Made by a program: the position numbers and the translations under genes. From assembly GCA_043763635.1 (NCBI GenBank), contig JAYULK010000009.1, positions 906-64,905 of the forward strand: 64,000 nt of DNA, written 5' to 3'. Below are positions 9,416 through 16,789 of this stretch, in pieces. The notes under the pieces are model-generated. The model was not told the DNA's origin. It saw only the letters and a program-made list of their open reading frames with translations, and made no database searches. The DNA is from Chitinophagaceae bacterium (lineage in GTDB: Bacteria > Bacteroidota > Bacteroidia > Chitinophagales > Chitinophagaceae). How positions within the stretch are numbered: position 1 is the stretch's first letter; every line of letters starts with the position of its first letter.

Positions 9416-11430
9416 GTTGAAAGACTTTTTTTATTTAAAAACAGTTCTGTTACATTATTTGTATCCAGAACTAAAGCTATTTTTCCATCTCCAAGAATTG
9501 TAGCGCCTGAAATATTATCCATGTGCAGAAAATATCTTCCCAACGGTTTTAACACCGCCTGGAATTTTCCTATGATGCGATCTACAATTAAGCCTACTCT
9601 TTTTTCATCATAGTATACAATTACAATTTCCTGCGCAGGCTTCACGCTTTCAATTCCATCAAATTCCTGGCTTAAGCTTATGAACGGAATCTGTTCTCCA
9701 TCCAGAACGATTAGATTGTGGAATCTGTTTAATTTTTTGGATACCGGAAGTTCATAGCATCGTTCAACTGCGGAAAGAGGTATGACAAAATCAGCATCAT
9801 TGATTTTCACAAGTAATCCATCTATAATAGAAACAGTGATAGGTAGTTTTATGGTAATAGTTGTTCCTGCATTTATTTTGGATGTTATTTTTATTTGCCC
9901 CCTTATATCAGCTATCTTACGCTTCACCACATCCATTCCTACTCCTCTGCCGGAAAGCTCGCTTACCTGTTCTGCTGTTGAAAAACCTGGTAAAAAAATC
10001 AGGTTGAATATTTCTTTTTCTGTAAGATTATCTTCACTAGCAATTATTCCTTTTTGGATTGCCTTATTTCTTATTTTATCAGGATCCATGCCTTTGCCAT
10101 CATCCTGAATTTCTATATAAACATTAGTGCCGGCACAAAAAGCCTTCAGGATAATTTTACCAATAGCAGGCTTGCCCTCTTTTTTTCTTACATCAGGATA
10201 TTCAATTCCATGATCTATGCTGTTTCTCAGTAAATGCATCAATGGATCGGACAAACCTTCCATAATATTTTTATCAAGCTCTGTTTCCGTTCCTTCCGTT
10301 ATAAACTCTATTTCTTTATTTAATTCAATTGATAGATCCCTTACCAAGCGCTTGAAAGGAGTTATCATATTTTCTACCGGTATAAGGCACATGCTAAAGG
10401 CATTGTCACGTAACCGGGTTGATATTTTTTCAAGGTTTTCTGTTACACCCAATAATTCTGATTGGGGATGTTGATCAGTATGCGTTGAGAGCTTGGCTTG
10501 CAAGGTCATTAGCTCGCTTACAAGGCTCATCATAATATCAAGCCTTTCAGAAGGCACTCTGATACTAGGAATTATGTTATTCTTTTTTGTGGAAAGTGTA
10601 CTTTCTGCTACAGGGGTTGACTCTAACACCTGTGCGGTTGCTGTAGATAAAAGATCGTTATCGACACGCTCCTGTACAATTGCACCATCAGATACTGTTG
10701 CTATTCCAGGTTCCTTCAATAATGAAATTTTCAACTCGCATTTATGCAGTACAAATTCAAACACATCAAGAATAGCCTGCTTGTTTGCAGTAGTAGTAAG
10801 GTAAATATCCCAGGAAGTATAGCAAACGTTATGTTCACACTTTTCTAATGGCGGTATGTTGTAAACATGCGCCTCTGCTTTGCAGCTTCCTAAAGCATAG
10901 AGGTCATCAATTAAATACAGTGGATTTGTCCCATTTAAAAGTATATCTGCATGCGGAGTAAAAACGATATGATAATTTAATAATTCCTTTTCTTGAATAT
11001 ACATTTCAGTAGCCACTGAAATCTCAGACACTACGCTGCCAGCATTATGCGCTGCACAGTTGGCTATTTCAATGATAACTGCAGTTATTTGCTCATGACT
11101 TTTTTTACTACTTGCGTTTAAAACATGATTGCTGTTTACAAGAAGCGATAGATGATCAAGAGCGTTTAATGTAATATTAATAATGTCTTTAGAAAGCTTG
11201 ATTTCTTTATTTCTTATGTAATCATAAATTGATTCAAGATGGTGTGTAAAGTCAGCCACTAATTTAAAGCCCAGCATAGCGCTATTGCCTTTCAAGGTGT
11301 GCATGTCCCGAAACACTTGCTGAATCAGGGAATCATCTTCTGGCCTGGCTTCCATTAATAGCAAGGTTTCTTCCATATTCTTGATAAGCTCTAATGCTTC
11401 TTCTGTATATTTTACATCCATCTGGTTCAT
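9406..11430 (-). CDS. cheA: Chemotaxis histidine kinase CheA
   Basis: 674-aa ORF. Hpt motif DMHTLKGNSAMLGF, P2-like segment, N-box LLRNSIDHGIE, G1 DDGKGMD, G2 GRGVGMDVV and a C-terminal CheW-like domain. Confidence 0.95.
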   Translation of the reverse strand: MNQMDVKYTEEALELIKNMEETLLLMEARPEDDSLIQQVFRDMHTLKGNSAMLGFKLVADFTHHLESIYDYIRNKEIKLSKDIINITLNALDHLSLLVNSNHVLNASSKKSHEQITAVIIEIANCAAHNAGSVVSEISVATEMYIQEKELLNYHIVFTPHADILLNGTNPLYLIDDLYALGSCKAEAHVYNIPPLEKCEHNVCYTSWDIYLTTTANKQAILDVFEFVLHKCELKISLLKEPGIATVSDGAIVQERVDNDLLSTATAQVLESTPVAESTLSTKKNNIIPSIRVPSERLDIMMSLVSELMTLQAKLSTHTDQHPQSELLGVTENLEKISTRLRDNAFSMCLIPVENMITPFKRLVRDLSIELNKEIEFITEGTETELDKNIMEGLSDPLMHLLRNSIDHGIEYPDVRKKEGKPAIGKIILKAFCAGTNVYIEIQDDGKGMDPDKIRNKAIQKGIIASEDNLTEKEIFNLIFLPGFSTAEQVSELSGRGVGMDVVKRKIADIRGQIKITSKINAGTTITIKLPITVSIIDGLLVKINDADFVIPLSAVERCYELPVSKKLNRFHNLIVLDGEQIPFISLSQEFDGIESVKPAQEIVIVYYDEKRVGLIVDRIIGKFQAVLKPLGRYFLHMDNISGATILGDGKIALVLDTNNVTELFLNKKSLSTCQ

Positions 11431-11793
11431 CTATCGTATCATTTTTTTTACAGTGGAAGAAAGCTTTTGATTAATATGGTCTTTCACCAGCAAAGCTGTA
11501 GCGCCTGAAGTTTTGATATGTTCTTTGTCTTCAGCGTTTTGGGTAATAAATAAAACCACGGGCAAGTATTGGTAGTTAACGGTTGCTCTTATTTCTTTAA
11601 TAAGACTCAACCCATCCATATTTGGCATATTCAAATCAGTAATAACAAGGTCAATTGCCCTCCCGTCGAGAAGCTTTAAGGCGTCTTTCCCATCAACTCC
11701 TGAAATGATATTGTAACCCTCTTTTTCCAGCCTGAAGCTTACAAGTTTGATCACAAGGTTTGAATCGTCTACTATCAAAATAGTTTTTTCCAT
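11431..11793 (-). CDS. cheY: CheY-like single-domain response regulator
   Basis: 120-aa ORF. Receiver residues are present: DD in LIVDDS, the phospho-acceptor in VITDLNMP, and a conserved Lys near LLVKD. Its stop abuts the cheA start. Confidence 0.9.
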   Translation of the reverse strand: MEKTILIVDDSNLVIKLVSFRLEKEGYNIISGVDGKDALKLLDGRAIDLVITDLNMPNMDGLSLIKEIRATVNYQYLPVVLFITQNAEDKEHIKTSGATALLVKDHINQKLSSTVKKMIR

Positions 11794-11794
11794 T

Positions 11795-12100
11795 TCAATT
11801 ATTTAAGCCTTTTTTAATTAATGGAAATAGTGTAGAGAATCCGGAACGATCAATGATTGATCTTAGGGGATCAGCCAGCTCAAAATGAAAGGATATTTTT
11901 TTTTCAAGGCTTGCAGCTTTTGTTTGAGCAGCGAGTAACAATTGCAAAACCGACAGATCAATTTTTGTAATGGGTGGGCAGGTAATAATTATATCCTGAC
12001 TGCTTTCAAATGCCTCTGTTAATTTACTTTTTAAATTTTTTGCATTTTGGATAGTTAAGCTACTATCCATAGAAATTTGCATTTCGGATTTGGTTGACAT
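11795..12100 (-). CDS. STAS-domain protein (anti-sigma-factor-antagonist fold), first gene of the che operon
   Basis: 101-aa ORF. STAS-like pattern (LTIQNAKNLKSKL...ITKIDLSVLQLLL). No obvious DSSG-type phosphorylatable serine motif. Its stop lies 1 nt before the cheY start. Confidence 0.7.
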   Translation of the reverse strand: MSTKSEMQISMDSSLTIQNAKNLKSKLTEAFESSQDIIITCPPITKIDLSVLQLLLAAQTKAASLEKKISFHFELADPLRSIIDRSGFSTLFPLIKKGLNN

Positions 12101-12391
12101 GGATTTTACATTGGATATTCTGAAGGATCAGTGTTATACAAGATGTACATTTCAAGGAATGAAAACAATGATAATAAGACTGATTTTCGATGTGTACAGG
12201 TTAATACTTACAGTAATTAGTTCGAAAGAACTAAGTATTTTTCGAAGGAGCTTATGAGGTGTGATAGTTTTTTAGGTGATGCCAACCAACAATAGTGACT
12301 TTAATCAAAATATTTTTTTGTATTTATAAAGGGAATGGAAATAGTTATGGAAGTGGGATTGCATCAAAGAATTGAAGAGGCAAACCATTGG

Positions 12392-13039
12392 TTATACATG
12401 TGGTAAATGATAAACATTGGTAAACTCACCAACTATGGACTGGCTATTTTGAAAGCGTAGCTTATGCAGTTTCAATTGTTCGATGTCTTCTGCCATTACT
12501 TTTCGGTACATAGGATGCATGGTGCCACCTGTTACACCAGCCGGTTTGGTGGAATCATATTGATATTGCGCTTCGACAATAGTACCCCTGGGATACATAA
12601 TTCCTGGTACGCCCTGACCGCGGATGTCCAGGACCTTTGGATGATCTAAACCAAGGGTATGGCCATATTCATGTGCAGCCGTTGTTGATCCTTTATAAAG
12701 ATTTTCCAATTTGAAGAAGCCGCTGTTGCAGCCTACACCATCTACAAAAGAAATATTACCTAAGGCATATTCTTCAATGCGGAAGTAATTATTTTTTGGG
12801 TCGGTATTCTGGTAAATTTCGAGGTTAGATATATCTGGTTTAAATTCAGCTGTAATGTGAAAGCGCACCAGTGTAGGAATTTTGCTGATCATAACAACTG
12901 CGCTCGGCTCGTTCCATAAGGTTTCTATTTCTTCTTGTATCTGGATAGTTAATTGTTCATCCGCAGCATGGCCGTAAATCACAAGGTGGGAATAAATTGA
13001 AAGTTGCTTTTTATATGTATCAAATTCCGCTGAGCCCAT
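12392..13039 (-). CDS. Minimal metzincin-type zinc metallopeptidase without a signal peptide or propeptide
   Basis: 215-aa ORF. Extended zinc motif HEYGHTLGLDH (HExxHxxGxxH) followed by a Met-turn-like GIMYP. There is no N-terminal hydrophobic signal, and only 64 nt separate the start from the upstream gene. Confidence 0.65.
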   Translation of the reverse strand: MGSAEFDTYKKQLSIYSHLVIYGHAADEQLTIQIQEEIETLWNEPSAVVMISKIPTLVRFHITAEFKPDISNLEIYQNTDPKNNYFRIEEYALGNISFVDGVGCNSGFFKLENLYKGSTTAAHEYGHTLGLDHPKVLDIRGQGVPGIMYPRGTIVEAQYQYDSTKPAGVTGGTMHPMYRKVMAEDIEQLKLHKLRFQNSQSIVGEFTNVYHLPHV

Positions 13040-13103
13040 TTTAATTCAATAATGAAGATTAGATTCTTTAAGCTTTTCACTTTAGCGTTTATAATGAAGC
13101 GAT

Positions 13104-15488
13104 TTAATTACGTAAAGGCTTACCACCCTTAAGCACACTTTGAATTCTTTCTAAAGTTTTTCGTTCACCACAAAGAGATAAGAAAGCCTCACGTTCAAGG
13201 TCCAGTAAATATTGTTCGCTTACTTCTGTAGGCTCACTTAAGTCACCACCACACATTACATACGCTAATTTTTTTGCTACCAGCATGTCATGCTCTGTTG
13301 CATAATTTGCCCGCCACATACCGTGTATGCCAGAATATAATGCGCCTAATGCAGTTCTGCCCATTACCTTAATATCTTTTCGTTGCAATGGCATTGAGTA
13401 TCCACTGTCGGATAATTCAATTACTGATCTTTTGGCTTCTACCAGCCGGCGATCCACATTCATTACCACTTCATCTAAACCTTTCCTGTAAATACCAATC
13501 TCAAACGCCTCAAATGCTGATGTAGCTACTTTAGCTGTTGCAATATTCAGGAAGCGGTCTTTTAATGTAATGGTCTCCGGTTCATCCTTATGCATGTCAT
13601 CAGAAGCCCTTAAGGTAAATTCTTTTGTGCCGCCACCGCCAGGTATCAGTCCCACACCAAGTTCTACCAACCCGGTATATGTTTCTGCTGCGGCGCATAT
13701 CTTATCACTATGCAACGATAGTTCGCAACCCCCTCCCAGTGCCAGGCCATGCGGTGCTACTACAACTGGTATTGAAGAATAGCGAACCCGCATCATTGTG
13801 TTTTGAAACAGCCTGATGGCCATATCCAATTCTTCATATTCCTGTTCAATAGCAAACATAAAGATCATCCCTACATTAGCGCCGGCACTAAAGTTGGCGC
13901 CCTCGTTTGCAATCAGCAATCCTTTATAGTTTTTTTCTGCAAGTTCAATGGCTTTGTTTATGCCAGTTAATACATCGCCACCAAGAGTATTCATCTTTGT
14001 ATTCCATTGCAAGGCAACCACATCTTGGCCAATGTCATATACAGCGCAGGTACTATTCTTCCAGATAACTTTATCGTTATAATTGCTTAGAACAATAAAC
14101 TCATTGCTGCCAGGAATAGATTTATAAGTTTTTGACGAAGGATCGTAGGCAAGCTTTTGACCACCTTCGATTTTATAAAAGCTATCGTGCCCTGCAGCAA
14201 TCATTTCCTTTACCCAATCCGCAACTGAGTAACCTGCTTCTTCCATTGCTATTATGGTTTCGGGAACACTCAAGACATCCCAACTTTCAAATGCTCCTAT
14301 CTCCCAGCCAAAGCCTGCTTTCATAGCATCATCTATTCTGATAACTTCATCACTTATCTCTGGAATGCGGTGCGATATATAGGAGAATAAGCCGTAATGA
14401 AAATGACGATAGAAATCTCCGGCTTTATCTTTTCCTGCTACCAATATTTTTAAACGTTGTTTTAAATTCTCAACAGGTTTGGCAGCATCTACAGAGGCAA
14501 ATCTTGATTTTTTACGTGGCTCGTACTCAAGGGTTCTAAGGTTAAGGGTTTGTATTTCTTTTTCGCCTGTTGCAGCAGCAGGCATCTTCTTAAAAAACCC
14601 CTGGCCCGTTTTATCTCCGAGCCAATTATTTTCTACAACCTTATTTAGCCATGCTGGAATTTGGAATGTTTCTTTGGCTTCATCATGGGGGCAATTTTCA
14701 TACACACCTTTAGCCACTTTAACTAACGTGTCTATACCTACAACATCTGCCGTACGAAATGTAGCGGATTTGGGACGACCAATAAGTGGCCCGGTCAATG
14801 CGTCGACTTCATCAATGGTTAAGGCTAGTTTATCAAATAATCTAAATATGGCCATGATACCATACACGCCAATTCTATTGGCGATAAAGGCTGGAGTATC
14901 CTTCGCCAACACAGTAGTTTTCCCAAGATAAAGAGATCCATAGCGCATGAAGAATTGGACCACCTCTGGGTCAGTGTCCTTTGTAGGAATAATTTCCAGC
15001 AAACGCAGGTATCGCGGAGGATTAAAAAAATGGGTGCCACAAAAATGCCTTTTGAAATCTTCGGTTCTTCCTTCACTTAATAGATTTATAGGAATGCCCG
15101 ATGTATTGGAAGTAATTAATGTGCCGGCTTTTCGAAACTGTTCTACTTTTTCAAATAGGGTCTTCTTTATATCCAGGCGCTCTACCACTACCTCAATGAT
15201 CCAATCGTAGCCTTGTATATCTTTTAGATTATCATCAAAATTGCCTGTCGTAATTCTTTTGATTACGTCCTGTGTGTATACTGGAGAAGGTGTGCTTTTA
15301 ATAGCTGCTTGTAAAGCATCATTCACTACTTTATTCCGTTGTTTCTTATCATTGCTTTCTGCTGATCCAGGCGAAAGAATATCTAATAGAAGCACTTGTA
15401 AGCCAATGCCAGCAAAATGGCAGGCTATTCTTGAACCCATTACCCCACTTCCTAAAACCGCAACTTTTTTTATAATTCTTTTAGCCAT
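13104..15488 (-). CDS. Bifunctional 3-hydroxyacyl-CoA dehydrogenase / enoyl-CoA hydratase (FadN-like domain order)
   Basis: 794-aa ORF. N-terminal NAD-binding motif VAVLGSGVMGSRIA and a C-terminal crotonase-fold region (ALGGGCELSLH). Confidence 0.9.
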   Translation of the reverse strand: MAKRIIKKVAVLGSGVMGSRIACHFAGIGLQVLLLDILSPGSAESNDKKQRNKVVNDALQAAIKSTPSPVYTQDVIKRITTGNFDDNLKDIQGYDWIIEVVVERLDIKKTLFEKVEQFRKAGTLITSNTSGIPINLLSEGRTEDFKRHFCGTHFFNPPRYLRLLEIIPTKDTDPEVVQFFMRYGSLYLGKTTVLAKDTPAFIANRIGVYGIMAIFRLFDKLALTIDEVDALTGPLIGRPKSATFRTADVVGIDTLVKVAKGVYENCPHDEAKETFQIPAWLNKVVENNWLGDKTGQGFFKKMPAAATGEKEIQTLNLRTLEYEPRKKSRFASVDAAKPVENLKQRLKILVAGKDKAGDFYRHFHYGLFSYISHRIPEISDEVIRIDDAMKAGFGWEIGAFESWDVLSVPETIIAMEEAGYSVADWVKEMIAAGHDSFYKIEGGQKLAYDPSSKTYKSIPGSNEFIVLSNYNDKVIWKNSTCAVYDIGQDVVALQWNTKMNTLGGDVLTGINKAIELAEKNYKGLLIANEGANFSAGANVGMIFMFAIEQEYEELDMAIRLFQNTMMRVRYSSIPVVVAPHGLALGGGCELSLHSDKICAAAETYTGLVELGVGLIPGGGGTKEFTLRASDDMHKDEPETITLKDRFLNIATAKVATSAFEAFEIGIYRKGLDEVVMNVDRRLVEAKRSVIELSDSGYSMPLQRKDIKVMGRTALGALYSGIHGMWRANYATEHDMLVAKKLAYVMCGGDLSEPTEVSEQYLLDLEREAFLSLCGERKTLERIQSVLKGGKPLRN

Positions 15489-15602
15489 AGTGATGTTTTT
15501 TCATGCAACTGTTAACTCACCTCTTTAAGTGCAGATCGACAAGCGACACAAAAAATGCAACAAATTAGTTAGTTAAACAACTATTATGAAGTTAAGGCAA
15601 TT

Positions 15603-15635
15603 ACAACAAAAAAGCACGCCAGTTAAGGGCGTGCT
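15603..15635 (-). terminator. Rho-independent terminator downstream of the yceI-like gene
   Basis: 8-bp stem agcacgcc/ggcgtgct with a 7-nt loop. On the minus strand it is followed by tttttgttgt. Lies 22 nt after the stop codon. Confidence 0.65.
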
Positions 15636-15656
15636 TTCTTTATTATAGAAGATGAA

Positions 15657-16214
15657 TTACTTCAATGGATCTAGACTTGCATTCACGGTTATTTTTACAA
15701 CCTTAGCTATTTTATCTTTTGCAAGTGCAGGTATCTTAATGCCATAATCTGCCAGCTTGATGGTAAATGTAGCTGTACTGTTTACGCCTTTGTTATCAAC
15801 TTTTATTAGTCCACTCGTCAATACTTCTTTTGTAATTCCATGCAAGGTTAGTTGTCCTTTTACCTGCACAGGATAAGATCCTGCTTTCTTGTAATTGACA
15901 GCGGCGTTGTTAAGTATCTGGCCCTTAAATTCTGACTTAGGATACTTATCGCTTTCAAGATAATGATCGTTAAAATGCTCCTGCATTTCTTCATTTTCAA
16001 ATTCAAATCCTTTGATAAGCGTTGAAAATTGAAGACTGCCCGTCTTTGTGTTTAATACACAAACAGCCGATTTATTTTTAGCTTCAAAATCCTCAAGCGA
16101 CGTGCTTGAATAAAAATGGATCTTAGCACTCTTTGTGAAATATTTATCCTGGCTGAAAGAACTAACGGAAAAAAGGAGAGTAGACACTAATAGTAAGAGC
16201 TTAAACTTCATCAT
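15657..16214 (-). CDS. YceI-family periplasmic protein
   Basis: 185-aa ORF. Signal peptide, then YceI-like pattern (KSAKIHFYSSTSLEDFEA...LTLHGITKEV). Confidence 0.85.
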   Translation of the reverse strand: MMKFKLLLLVSTLLFSVSSFSQDKYFTKSAKIHFYSSTSLEDFEAKNKSAVCVLNTKTGSLQFSTLIKGFEFENEEMQEHFNDHYLESDKYPKSEFKGQILNNAAVNYKKAGSYPVQVKGQLTLHGITKEVLTSGLIKVDNKGVNSTATFTIKLADYGIKIPALAKDKIAKVVKITVNASLDPLK

Positions 16215-16216
16215 AT

Positions 16217-16654
16217 TTATTTCATTTCAATAACGCATCGATTTAACACTACATCGGATCCTAAACCTAAGCCAGTTTCATCTGGCAGAAATCCGGTGCA
16301 GGCCCCTTTGATAGTAATAGGTGCTCCCTTTTTTAAGCCCTCAATGGCTTTAACAAAAGCACTATCCATAGTACAACGAACAGAAGAGCTACTTTCCGTG
16401 TTGCCTAATGCAATGGCTGCGCTTCCTTTATCAATTGTTTTTATGGTCCCCGATACTTCCAGTATTTTACCGAGATATTTTTTATTGGCAGATGCGCTGT
16501 CTTTTTCAAATGCTGCAATCAAACTTATAGCATCAATCTTTTCTTCCGATTTTACATCAGTAAGACTTGGCACTTTACCCGTGTAAATTTTGTATGCATA
16601 CCAGCCCCCTGCCAGCATAACAATCAGGAAAAGAATAAGGATAATACGTTTCAT
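16217..16654 (-). CDS. OB-fold (tRNA_anti-like) membrane-anchored protein
   Basis: 145-aa ORF. N-terminal TM anchor. Pattern ISLIAAFEKDSASANKKYLGKILEVSGTI is typical of this small Bacteroidota family. Confidence 0.6.
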   Translation of the reverse strand: MKRIILILFLIVMLAGGWYAYKIYTGKVPSLTDVKSEEKIDAISLIAAFEKDSASANKKYLGKILEVSGTIKTIDKGSAAIALGNTESSSSVRCTMDSAFVKAIEGLKKGAPITIKGACTGFLPDETGLGLGSDVVLNRCVIEMK

Positions 16655-16666
16655 AAATATGTTTAA

Positions 16667-16729
16667 GTATGAGGTAGGAGGTAGGAGGTATGAGGTAGGA
16701 GGTATGAGGTATGAGGTAGGAGGTAGGAG
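16667..16729. repeat. Heptanucleotide microsatellite (GTAKGAG)x9
   Basis: Nine perfect head-to-tail 7-mers, GTATGAG or GTAGGAG, in the order T,G,G,T,G,T,T,G,G. Lies between the metG stop (16790) and the start of the OB-fold gene (16654). Confidence 0.95.
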
Positions 16730-16789
16730 CGATCAGCAATTAGCTTTCTGCAAGTTAATGGTAAGAGGATTTTCACCCATACCTGACAC

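Noticed and set aside
9072-9503. Many 60-150-aa ORFs in the supplied track lie antisense to or out of frame within the large genes. Examples: 9072-9503, 9782-10108, 14479-14931, 38612-39082, 47246-47540, 54050-54367, 54934-55305.
   Set aside because: Each is fully embedded in a longer ORF with clear family motifs. Their translations are low-complexity or Ser/Leu/Ile-rich, as expected for the antisense of AT-rich coding DNA, and none has a recognisable motif.
12217-12234. Perfect 7-bp hairpin ttagttc-gaaa-gaactaa in the 291-nt region upstream of the che operon.
   Set aside because: It is oriented as a plus-strand terminator (T-rich tail on the plus strand only), but no plus-strand gene precedes it. 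A stem this short is expected by chance in AT-rich DNA.
13104-15488. Reversed domain order (dehydrogenase first, hydratase last) in the fatty-acid oxidation enzyme compared with E. coli FadB.
   Set aside because: This is the known FadN-type arrangement (for example Bacillus FadN), so it is not novel.
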